The notes under the pieces are model-generated. The model saw only the letters and a program-made list of their open reading frames with translations, was not told the DNA's origin and did no database searches. Shown here one piece after another: positions 28,339 through 37,713 of a DNA stretch of 52,110 nucleotides (its first letter is position 1; each line of letters begins with the position of its first letter). The translations under genes and the position numbers were made by a program. The DNA is from Candidatus Zixiibacteriota bacterium (GTDB lineage Bacteria > Zixibacteria > MSB-5A5 > UBA10806 > 4484-95): contig JAOZPT010000004.1 of NCBI GenBank assembly GCA_029932605.1, forward strand, positions 40,203 through 92,312, read 5' to 3'.

Positions 28339-29474
28339 AAACCCATCTCGTAAATGCGATATTTTTTATATAATTCGCCGCCAAGTGAAGCATCAAACTT
28401 ATTTATCTCGTCATTGTCCTCAAGATTCCAGGAAAGCTCACACCACTTATACCCAAGTCGCCTGGCTACTTTCTCTGTCTCATAATACAACACAGCATGC
28501 AAACCAGCTTTTCGATACTCTTCCAGTATTCCAAAAACAAATGCCCTTAACCCGGTTATTTTACGTCGATAATAGGCAAATTTTGCAAGCCCCAATAAGC
28601 CAAGATTGCCGTTCAGATGTTTCAGGACTTGATTGTAGTCAGGTATAGTGATACTAACCCCTACAGGTTTACCTTCTATTTCAGCAAAAAGAACTAAATC
28701 TGGGACGGCCAGGGGTTTTAACATTTTTGCCATTAAATCCATCTCAGCCTCAGTCATGGGAACAAATCCCCAATTTTTTTCCCAGGAGGAATTATATATT
28801 TGCTTGATGATATTAACTTCATCGGTCAGTTTTTTCATATTAAGGTGACGGACAGTTACCCCGGTTCGCTTGTGAATCACCTTAACGATTCTTTTAAAAC
28901 GTTCTGGTATCTCTTTTGAACTATCCTTGTAAAAAGCATAAAGATCCTTGATTTTACGGAAACCATATTTCTCAGCCAATTCCAGATAGTAGGGAGGGTT
29001 GTAGGGCATCATGAATACAGGGGAACTGTCAAATCCTTCTAAAAGAAAAGCGCATTCGGCGTTCATTGATGGATTGATCGGTCCTCTTAAGCGCTCCATT
29101 CCCTTTTTCCTAGCCCAGACAGCTGTTGAATCAAAAAGCATTGACGAAACATGAGAATCATTGATTGATTCGAAAAATCCGAAGAAGGCAGTTTTTTCAT
29201 CGTGAAACTGGTTGTGATTGGTATCGACAATACCGGCAATCCTTCCCAGGATACGTTCTTTTTCAATACAAAGAAAACGCTCGATCTCTGCATGCTCCAT
29301 GAAAGGATTACTTTCACGAATAAAAACCTTTTCTACTTCTTTTCTAAGCGGTGGAATCCAGTTTGCGTCATTTTTATAGATTTGGAATGGTAGTTCTATA
29401 AAAGCCTTGGTTTCATTCTTCGTTCTTACCGGGACGATATACATAAACCTACACTCACTTGTCCTTGTGTTCAC
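28335..29474 (-). CDS. Tandem-GNAT N-acyltransferase (YghO / bacterial ceramide synthase-like)
   Basis: FIELP..IY....WIPPL, GRIA, FFGFFE, RGPINPSMN, FMMPYNPPYY, NWGFVP, ELSWNLEDN, YKKYRIYE. Confidence 0.8.
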   Translation of the reverse strand: MNTRTSECRFMYIVPVRTKNETKAFIELPFQIYKNDANWIPPLRKEVEKVFIRESNPFMEHAEIERFLCIEKERILGRIAGIVDTNHNQFHDEKTAFFGFFESINDSHVSSMLFDSTAVWARKKGMERLRGPINPSMNAECAFLLEGFDSSPVFMMPYNPPYYLELAEKYGFRKIKDLYAFYKDSSKEIPERFKRIVKVIHKRTGVTVRHLNMKKLTDEVNIIKQIYNSSWEKNWGFVPMTEAEMDLMAKMLKPLAVPDLVLFAEIEGKPVGVSITIPDYNQVLKHLNGNLGLLGLAKFAYYRRKITGLRAFVFGILEEYRKAGLHAVLYYETEKVARRLGYKWCELSWNLEDNDEINKFDASLGGELYKKYRIYEMGL

Positions 29475-32436
29475 TCTTCGTAAAATTGTTTTTTATATTG
29501 CCAAAAGATTTAAAGCCATTAATTCGACGGCTTATATTCTGTACTGCCCAATCGAACTCGCCGATAAAACGCGCCCTGGTTACCAGGATAAGCGCCGGCA
29601 GTAGAGTGATTGCTCCAAGAGCGCTGGTGACCATTGTAAACGCTAACAGATAGCCGAATCTTTGCATGGGGACGATATTTCCAAAGATCAAAACTAAAAA
29701 TCCCATCATCACTGAAGATGCATTGATGAGGATAGCCTTACCGGCGGTTTCTAAAGTCACACGAAGGGCTTCTTTTTCTGATTTTCCACTCTGAAATTCC
29801 TTTTGGAAACGAGTCAGGAAATGAATTGTGTAATCTACCCCTATTCCTACAGCTACACTCCCTATCAGCACGCTGACTGTATCAAGAGGAATATCTAAGA
29901 TTGCCATAAGGATAAAATTGCAAAGGATAGTTGCAGTGATTGGAGTAATAGAAATCAAACCTCCTATAAGGGAGCGAAAACGGAAGGTAAGGAGTAGAAA
30001 AACAAATACAATTGCCGCCAACAGGCTAAAAATTTGGCTCTTCAATATGTTTAAATCGAGATTCTTGAAGATAATGGGCATGCCGGTCTGACGCGTGGTG
30101 AGTTCTACCTGGTTATCTATTGAGAGCCCCGAAAATTCCGCTGATGGCACCTGATCGAGCGGCAAACTCGCATAATCCTCCACAAGCGTCCAGATATCGC
30201 CCTGAATATCTTTGCGAAAAGCGAGTAATTCTGTTGATGAAATACCTGGTGTAAGCTCCGTTATCTTATCTATCTGGCTGTTAACAATAACCTGGCGGCG
30301 ACCTTCTGCTATGATTCTTCTTAAAGCGATTGATAGATACTCAATTGCCTCCGGATCGCCAATGTACATTGATGCTGGAACCTGTTGACTCAACACAGAC
30401 GCAATTTGGTCCTCTGTTGGAATGGATTCTGTAAAGAGGGGTGCCAACCCTGAGACCACCCTCTGGATCACTGAATTATCATCAATGATAATATCAGCCG
30501 CATCACTCTGAAAATAAGCGGTGAGGATCTGACTGATGGTATCAATTTCTTGGAGGTCAAGATGTTGAACTGCAGGAGAATCGACTGTTCTTAATACAGA
30601 TAAAACTAAATTTGAATCCAACTGGCTTACCCCATGATATTTAGCGTCAAATAAAATCATTTGAGCAACCTGGGATAATCGATGCTTTTGTACTTTTACC
30701 CGAATAGAATCGGTTAAAGCTGCAAGATTCAACCTGAATAGTTTTTGGGGAACGTTCATGTCAAGATACTGATTGATGCTGTCCACAACCGCTATAATCC
30801 TGGTTGAGCTGACCGTTCCGATCTTAGCTTGGATTTGGGCATGAGTGTTATTATCAGCCACTAATTGTTCCATGATTTTGTTACCATCGATAAAAACCCA
30901 GAGGTTGGCAACGCCCTCACGGGTATCTGGAATTGTGTGTCGATCATTCATTTGTTCATTCAGCTCAACGATCAAATCAGCTACGGATTGAGGATTGTTG
31001 ATGTCGGGAAGAGTGCGCAGATATTTCTCAAAAGTATACATCTGCTTCAGTACCAGGGGATCCTTAATATCTCCTTGTACCAAAATTTGCACCGGTATGG
31101 AACCGCCGAAATCTCTCTCCATCATATCCTCTGCCTGGCGAATCTCGCTGTCTTGCTTGAAGTATTCTACCATATTAACTTCCCGGTGTAGCCTGGGGAT
31201 AAGAACTATAGCAGCTACTAATACCAAAACACCACCCAGTAGAATCAGCTTTTCATGGACTAAGATCTGACCAGCAAGCAGGTCCATAAGTCTGGTAACC
31301 CAGGTAACATGTTGATCTTTGGTATTCAATCGTGGCTTCCAGGAGGGTAGAAAAGATAGGACAACCGGTATGAAGATCAACGACAATACCATAGCAAGAA
31401 ATACACCCAAGGAGGCGAATACGCCAAATTCTTTGATCATGGATAAATAGGAAAAAAGGAAAGTTAAAAAACCTATTAGAGTAGTAACCGCGGCCATTAT
31501 AATGGGAAGTGTAATATCTGCTGTGGATTGCCGGATACAATCTAATTTATCTTCCTGATTTTCGGCATCTTCTTTATACCTGCTAATCAGATGAATGCCA
31601 TAAGCGCTGCCGATCGCTATTAGTAATACCGGGATCGCAGCCGAAACTATCGTGAGATCAATTTTCATCCAGGTCATTATACCTAACACCCAAATTGTGC
31701 TAATCAGCACCGTTGCCAAAGGAAGGAACACACCCCGGATACTGCGAAAACTCAAATAGAGCACCAATACCACCAGCAGTGAGACAAGGGGAATAAGTTT
31801 GCCAAGATCCCTAGTGATAATATCCGTAAGGAATACCATCTGGAAAGGAATTCCGGAATAATATATTTTTTCATCCCCTTTAGTAGCTTGTACGATTTCT
31901 TTCATCTTCTCAGCAATTTCAGTTTTACTTGACCCCTCACGAATTCTGGCTATGATTAAGGCTATGCGGCCGTTTGAAGAGACAAGGTTATCACGATACA
32001 TTTCCTTCGAAAGAGCATAATCCCTCAACTTCTGAAGTTCTTCATGGTCTTGGGGGATGCGCCCCCTTGGAATCAACTTGCCGACTTCAATGCCATCGGG
32101 GATTTTCTTAATGTCGAGAATATCAGTAAGGCTTAGCACCTGGCTGATTTCGGGAAGCGCTTGAAACCTTGAAGTAATTGTATCAATCCTGGCCAAAGTA
32201 CCGGGATTAAACACATCCTGAGTCTCAAGGGCAATTATAGCCAGGGAGTTTCCACCAAATTTTTCACCGATTTCTCTAAAGAGCATAACAACAGGGTCGT
32301 CCTGAGGTAGGTAATTTAGAATATCGCTATCTATTTTAACCTTAGTCAATTGATATGCAAAAAAGATGGTTAAGATCACAATCCCGACAAGTAAGGGAAA
32401 CCGGAATCTGATAACTAAGTTGGCAAATTTCTTCAT
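29455..32436 (-). CDS. MMPL/RND-superfamily transporter
   Basis: Two TM repeats with AIGSAYGIH and GIGVDYTIHF motifs; large periplasmic domains. Confidence 0.92.
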   Translation of the reverse strand: MKKFANLVIRFRFPLLVGIVILTIFFAYQLTKVKIDSDILNYLPQDDPVVMLFREIGEKFGGNSLAIIALETQDVFNPGTLARIDTITSRFQALPEISQVLSLTDILDIKKIPDGIEVGKLIPRGRIPQDHEELQKLRDYALSKEMYRDNLVSSNGRIALIIARIREGSSKTEIAEKMKEIVQATKGDEKIYYSGIPFQMVFLTDIITRDLGKLIPLVSLLVVLVLYLSFRSIRGVFLPLATVLISTIWVLGIMTWMKIDLTIVSAAIPVLLIAIGSAYGIHLISRYKEDAENQEDKLDCIRQSTADITLPIIMAAVTTLIGFLTFLFSYLSMIKEFGVFASLGVFLAMVLSLIFIPVVLSFLPSWKPRLNTKDQHVTWVTRLMDLLAGQILVHEKLILLGGVLVLVAAIVLIPRLHREVNMVEYFKQDSEIRQAEDMMERDFGGSIPVQILVQGDIKDPLVLKQMYTFEKYLRTLPDINNPQSVADLIVELNEQMNDRHTIPDTREGVANLWVFIDGNKIMEQLVADNNTHAQIQAKIGTVSSTRIIAVVDSINQYLDMNVPQKLFRLNLAALTDSIRVKVQKHRLSQVAQMILFDAKYHGVSQLDSNLVLSVLRTVDSPAVQHLDLQEIDTISQILTAYFQSDAADIIIDDNSVIQRVVSGLAPLFTESIPTEDQIASVLSQQVPASMYIGDPEAIEYLSIALRRIIAEGRRQVIVNSQIDKITELTPGISSTELLAFRKDIQGDIWTLVEDYASLPLDQVPSAEFSGLSIDNQVELTTRQTGMPIIFKNLDLNILKSQIFSLLAAIVFVFLLLTFRFRSLIGGLISITPITATILCNFILMAILDIPLDTVSVLIGSVAVGIGVDYTIHFLTRFQKEFQSGKSEKEALRVTLETAGKAILINASSVMMGFLVLIFGNIVPMQRFGYLLAFTMVTSALGAITLLPALILVTRARFIGEFDWAVQNISRRINGFKSFGNIKNNFTKSEHKDK

Positions 32437-32494
32437 TTGTGGAGCCTTTTCTTTTTAGACTAAATCGGTTTTTTCGTCATATCAGAGTAAAAAA

Positions 32495-33079
32495 TTATTT
32501 TCTTAATATACCCTTGAATAAAATATCGAGAAGAAGTTCTATTCCTTCTTCAAGATCCAAGGGACTTGTTTTAATCATCCAGGTAGATTCAAGTCCTTTT
32601 ATTGCTATAACAATGGCATAAGCGGTGAGTTCAGGGTCGGCTACTTCCAGTTCCCGGTTAGATACACCATCAATGAGGATCTCATGCACAATTTTCTGTT
32701 CCTCGCCTAAATATTTTTCCCTAACCCCCTCAATCTGTGGCCAATATTCATCAATGTTTTCTCTTGTTACTTGATAAAAGTTTACTAGCTCAGCGATCTT
32801 ACGCACCTTAGTTATAAGATAAGCTCTCATTTTCTCCCGCGAAGTCGAAGCCTGAGCTACTGCCTCATGTATAGCCGAAACCAGACTGGCGCTTTCCTTT
32901 TCAATAACTTCCAGGAATAAAGCTTCTTTGTTGGAGAAGTACTTGTAAAAAGTCCCCTTGGCGATCTTTGTTAGACGGATAATTTCCTCTACAGTCGTTT
33001 TCTTAAGCCCAAAACGACCAAACAATCGCTGGGCAGTGAGGATTATATTTTGCTTTTTACCGCTGTCTGTTTGCTCCAT
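32495..33079 (-). CDS. TetR/AcrR-family regulator
   Basis: A..LF...G...TTVEEI....IAKGTFYKYFSNKEALF. Confidence 0.93.
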   Translation of the reverse strand: MEQTDSGKKQNIILTAQRLFGRFGLKKTTVEEIIRLTKIAKGTFYKYFSNKEALFLEVIEKESASLVSAIHEAVAQASTSREKMRAYLITKVRKIAELVNFYQVTRENIDEYWPQIEGVREKYLGEEQKIVHEILIDGVSNRELEVADPELTAYAIVIAIKGLESTWMIKTSPLDLEEGIELLLDILFKGILRK

Positions 33080-33126
33080 TTTGGATTCTTTGTGACAGTA
33101 ACTTTATTAAAATCCTTGTCTTAGAG

Positions 33127-33152
33127 TTGGTCATTTTTTGGAAATAGACCAA
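33127..33152. promoter_or_regulatory. Candidate TetR operator (inverted repeat)
   Basis: TTGGTC-N14-GACCAA between a TTGACT -35-like box (33200-33205, minus strand) and the tetR start. Confidence 0.35.
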
Positions 33153-33479
33153 TTGAACGTTATTCATAATATCGTCTATTTAATGATTTCTTAAATAGAA
33201 GTCAAGTAATTTTTTTACTTTTTTTTAAAATGTTTCAATGTGGACTGCATCGGATAAGGTAAAAACAGCCAGCTTTTCTATAAGCAGCTAAGAGCAGCAA
33301 AATTGACCTTAGGGTTTTAAACCCGACGATAAATCGCGCAATATTCACAGGGAAAAGTAAACTTGTTGAAATTGCTACGCTTAATTCGTGAGGTAAAGGC
33401 AATTCTATGTTGGGCTTTTCAGAACTTTGAGTATTTTGTTAGAAAGATGTTAGAGAGTGTAATTTGGAATTGTAAATTT

Positions 33480-34196
33480 TCCATATATTCTATTTCTGAT
33501 TCCTATCGATTATGCCGTTAGATTCGGGTGACGTACCCTGATCCTGATCTGGGCTAATTTGAATCTTTTGATCAATTTCTTAAACTCTTTGCTGGTGAAT
33601 TGGCTGCCGTTATCGTTGACTATATCAGGCTTAGCCTGAGGATGTTTCTCCAGAGCCTTTTGTACCACCAGGGTTATACCCTCAGCCTTCATTGATGTTA
33701 GCAGTTCCCAGTGAACAAGATACCGCGAATAAGCATCGATGACTCCGACAAAGAAATACCAGCGGCCTGAAAGCCAGAGATACATGATATCGGTATGCCA
33801 TCTCTGGTTCGGTTTAGTTGGTTTGGTAACCATTATACCAACAGTCTGGCTGCGTTTCCATCGGTAAAGCAAATCATGTTTGGACAATACATTGTAGACA
33901 GTGCCGGGAGAAACATAAACCACATCCTCATCAACCATCATCCAGCACAACCGACGGTAGCCTTCCTCGGTATGAGCAAGAGCGTAATTCACTACCGCTT
34001 TTTCCTCCTCCGGTAAAATCTTCAATGGTGATTCTCGACTATTTGTTTTATCATCCAAATTTCCACTTTCAGCCCGTTTCTTCCAGGTAAAATAAATCGA
34101 CCTCTTTAATCCCAATGCCAGTAGAGTCCTTGATAACGGCCACTGGCTACGATGATTCGTCTTATTGATCTCATTTAATATCTTCAACTTAAGCAA
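33480..34196 (-). mobile_element. IS3-family transposase OrfB relic (truncated, frameshifted)
   Basis: YGYRR-like EGYRR, WHTDIMY, IDAYSRY, DNGSQFTS. A frameshift after RHP hides ESNGIIDR. No orfA upstream. Confidence 0.85.
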
Positions 34197-34217
34197 AACA
34201 GCGAGTTAATCTTTATC

Positions 34218-34721
34218 TTAAAAAAGAACATTCCAGATAAAAATACCAATCATAACCACGCTTATAACAAATTTTACCAAGCTACCGGCTAAAAAACCGA
34301 TAAAACTCCCCAATCCCGCACGAAGGGCAACTCGTGGCTCTTTGCAAACTAACAGTTCGAACACAAGTGCTCCAACAAAAGCACCAATAATGAAACCAAT
34401 AAAACCGACTCCCGGCAATAATAATCCTGCAATCATACCGATAAGTGCACCAATCATGCCTGCCTTAGAGCCACCCATCTTTTTCACACCAAGAACGGTC
34501 GCTAACCAATCTAAAACAAGAGATACTATGGTTAAGATACCAAGTATGATAAGAGCTTGACCACCAATAGATTTAAAACCGGTCAACAAAGCATATACAA
34601 AGGCAGCTACAAAAATTAATGGCACACCTGGTAAAACTGGTAGAACAATACCAATTAAACCAACAACCATCACGATAAGAGCTAAGATGAAAAACACAAT
34701 CTCGTACCAGGGCATGTTCAT
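34218..34721 (-). CDS. DUF456-family membrane protein
   Basis: G..G..LPVLPG.PL...KKMGGSK.G..GA..G pattern. Confidence 0.85.
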   Translation of the reverse strand: MNMPWYEIVFFILALIVMVVGLIGIVLPVLPGVPLIFVAAFVYALLTGFKSIGGQALIILGILTIVSLVLDWLATVLGVKKMGGSKAGMIGALIGMIAGLLLPGVGFIGFIIGAFVGALVFELLVCKEPRVALRAGLGSFIGFLAGSLVKFVISVVMIGIFIWNVLF

Positions 34722-35136
34722 TCTCTATATTTATAACTGTTTACAAAATTAACTCGTAATACAATATAATTTTTCTGCTTTAGAATCAGCCTTACTTTCT
34801 TCTGGATTAACTGCATAATTTTGAAAAATATAACAAATACTTATAAAATTATGAAACTAAAATTTCAAATGCATATTCAAACTATGCTCTTCAATAAATA
34901 TTGCTCACTGTTTGAAAACCAGGGAACTTACCTGATTTTTAATTTGATTCTGGTAGCCCAAAAAACCAACGACATATCATTCAACCCAAGCATATATGCT
35001 GGCAGGTTTGAACAATTGAATTCAGAAAAGCAGACTATCGTAGCTTTCTTAAAAGGGATAGATGTTGACATGTTTAATAATTTTAACGACTTTTATATTG
35101 GCTTAAATGATGTTGTGTAAAAACCCGGGGGAGGAC

Positions 35137-36168
35137 ATGACCGGCACAATTGAGATCGATGGCTCTTACGGTGAAGGTGGTGGACAGATTTTACGCACAT
35201 CGCTGGCGATGTCGCTTGTAACAGGAAAACCCTTCCATATCGAAAATATCCGGTTAGGCCGAAAGAAGCCAGGACTTCTACAACAGCACCTAACAGCAGT
35301 TAATGCCTCCGCCCGGATAAGCCAGGCGGAGGTCGAAGGTAATGTTCTTGGCTCGAAGAAACTATACTTTGCCCCAAAAACGGTTAAACCCGGCCGATAT
35401 CACTTTTCTGTAAAAACAGCTGGAAGCAGTACTCTGGTTCTACAAACAGTATTCCCGGCACTTCTTATAACCCACGGTAAATCAGAGCTGCTCCTTGAAG
35501 GTGGCACACATAACCCTTATGCTCCTCCATTTGACTTTCTTGCAAGAACCTACCTGCCAATTATAAGTCGAATGGGGGTAAAGATATCCGCTACCCTAAA
35601 GCGACATGGATTTTATCCTGTTGGCGGTGGCAGGTTCAACATCTCAATTGAACCAACAGGTAAGTTATCCAAGATAAACATCTTAAAACGAGGTGAAATT
35701 AAGAGACAAATAGCTCGGGCGGTTGTAGCAAAGCTTCCCCGCAGTATCGGCGAGCGAGAGATAAAAAGAATAGGTGACAAGCTAATGTGGGATCGTCGTT
35801 GCCTGCATATCGAAGAGGTTACGAACTCAGCTGGGCCTGGGAATGTCCTGACCGTTGAAATCGAAAGTGAACAAATCACGGAGGTTTTCACCGGCTTCGG
35901 TGAGCGGGGAGTATCTGCCGAGCGAGTTGCTGATAAGATCGTATTAGAGGTCAAGGAATACCTCTCTGCTGGCGTACCTGTGGGGAAATATCTGGCCGAT
36001 CAGCTACTTATTCCCATGGTTCTGGCTGGTGGTGGAACATTCCAGACACTACCCCTAACACGCCACACCAGAACAAACATCGAAATCTTGAAACAGTTCC
36101 TCAATATTAATATCACATCATCTCAATTAAAAAATAATGTATGGCAAATAGAGGTAAGAACCAAGTAG
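35137..36168 (+). CDS. rtcA: RNA 3'-terminal phosphate cyclase
   Basis: IDGSYGEGGGQILRTSL, GLLQQHL, GGTHNP.APP, YLADQL, catalytic H in LTRHTRTN. Confidence 0.95.
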   Translation: MTGTIEIDGSYGEGGGQILRTSLAMSLVTGKPFHIENIRLGRKKPGLLQQHLTAVNASARISQAEVEGNVLGSKKLYFAPKTVKPGRYHFSVKTAGSSTLVLQTVFPALLITHGKSELLLEGGTHNPYAPPFDFLARTYLPIISRMGVKISATLKRHGFYPVGGGRFNISIEPTGKLSKINILKRGEIKRQIARAVVAKLPRSIGEREIKRIGDKLMWDRRCLHIEEVTNSAGPGNVLTVEIESEQITEVFTGFGERGVSAERVADKIVLEVKEYLSAGVPVGKYLADQLLIPMVLAGGGTFQTLPLTRHTRTNIEILKQFLNINITSSQLKNNVWQIEVRTK

Positions 36169-36775
36169 ATATATAAATATTTTCTCGCCGATTTCAACTG
36201 TAAAAAAATATCATCTTCTTGGAAAAAAGATACTGCCTTATATATAACCACATACAAACATAACACCTTACATCTTAAGCAGATAAGAAAATCGCTGAAT
36301 CAATACATCAATAGCGTTAAAATTTAAAATTTCTTATTTTCGATATAAGTTCCAATACAACTTAAAAAATAAAACAACTTTGTGAATTTTTTCTCTTGAC
36401 AATCCTTCCAACTTAAACAATATTTTTAAAAATATTTTAAATGTGGAGGCCAATTAATGAAAACCTACAATAATACCCTTGTTACTCAATATAATCACTA
36501 TATTAAGTTACTTTGCAAAGTTAGTTAAGCCGATGTATAGCTTGTCATCCCACAATCTAATTGACCGAACAAAATTCAATATTCATATAAGAATATATTG
36601 GCATTGTCTCTATGATTATCTTTTTGGGGAATATGTAGGCAATCTAAGGAAGGCATTATTCGTTTATATTAGTGGTAGGTTTTACTATAAATCATTAAAC
36701 GCTCCGGTGGGCCATAATATCTTACCTTTACCCTCGACTCCACCAGGTAATAAACTAGATTTTGAGGATTAAGCT

Positions 36776-37600
36776 ATGAATACTGAAGAAACGGTTTTAG
36801 AGGACTTATATCAGGAACTTGATAAGATAAAAACTAAGGCTAAACAAGAATATAAAGATGTCAATATAAAGATTAATCTGGCTGAACTTGAAAAAAGGAT
36901 TGCCCAATCTCAGCATCTAATAGATTTAAAAAATTTAAAAATCGATAATAAATGGTTGGAGCGACTTTTTAAAAATTATCTTTTAATTTTAGAAAAATAC
37001 AAAAAAGAGAATGGGGAAATTGCAAAAAAATTAGACCAGGGCTTCAAACAACAAATTTTGGATTTAGAGACTTTAGCAAAAAAAGTCTTTCATTTCGATT
37101 CAGTCTATTTAGAGACCCTGGCTAAAAAGATGAACCTAAAGATTGAAGACCTGGCTTTTTTGGGGTTGCAATTAATAAATCCCGTCTTTGAATTATATGC
37201 TGAGAAACTGATAGGGAAAATCGAGACGGATAAATGGTCAAGAGGATACTGTCCTGTTTGTGGAAGTCCACCGGTTATGGCTTATTTACGAAAAGATGAC
37301 GGGAAAAGAATTTTATGGTGTCAATTCTGTGGAACGAAATGGAGTTTTTTAAGGCTGAAATGCCCCTTCTGCTCCAACGAAGACCAAAAAACTCTGAAAT
37401 ATTTTTTCACCGAGGAGAATAACTCTTATAGAGTATATTTGTGTGAAAAATGTAAAAAGTATATCAAGACCATAGACCAGAGAAAAATGAAAAAGGGCGA
37501 AAAATTAGATCTGGGATGGAAAAACATAGAAACGCTTGCATTGGACTTTTTAGCACAAAAAGAAGGTTATTCAAGCCAGAAAATCGTGTTTAGTGTTTAA
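36776..37600 (+). CDS. fdhE: Formate dehydrogenase accessory protein FdhE
   Basis: CPVCGS, CQFC, CPFC, CEKC..YIKT Cys clusters; upstream of the fdh genes. Confidence 0.9.
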   Translation: MNTEETVLEDLYQELDKIKTKAKQEYKDVNIKINLAELEKRIAQSQHLIDLKNLKIDNKWLERLFKNYLLILEKYKKENGEIAKKLDQGFKQQILDLETLAKKVFHFDSVYLETLAKKMNLKIEDLAFLGLQLINPVFELYAEKLIGKIETDKWSRGYCPVCGSPPVMAYLRKDDGKRILWCQFCGTKWSFLRLKCPFCSNEDQKTLKYFFTEENNSYRVYLCEKCKKYIKTIDQRKMKKGEKLDLGWKNIETLALDFLAQKEGYSSQKIVFSV

Positions 37601-37713
37601 TTGAAATTAATGAGTTTAGATGTTCGACAGATAAGCTTTTAAAATTAGACAAATATGGTTACAAAGTAGTAAAAAATGTCAATATTTAAACCTAAGGAGG
37701 TGATCGGTATTAT

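Noticed and set aside
34821..35120. 99-aa ORF upstream of rtcA
   Set aside because: TTG start, no RBS, AT-rich and no recognisable motif.
36479..36772. 97-aa ORF upstream of fdhE
   Set aside because: TTG start without a suitably placed SD and no family resemblance; cannot be supported.
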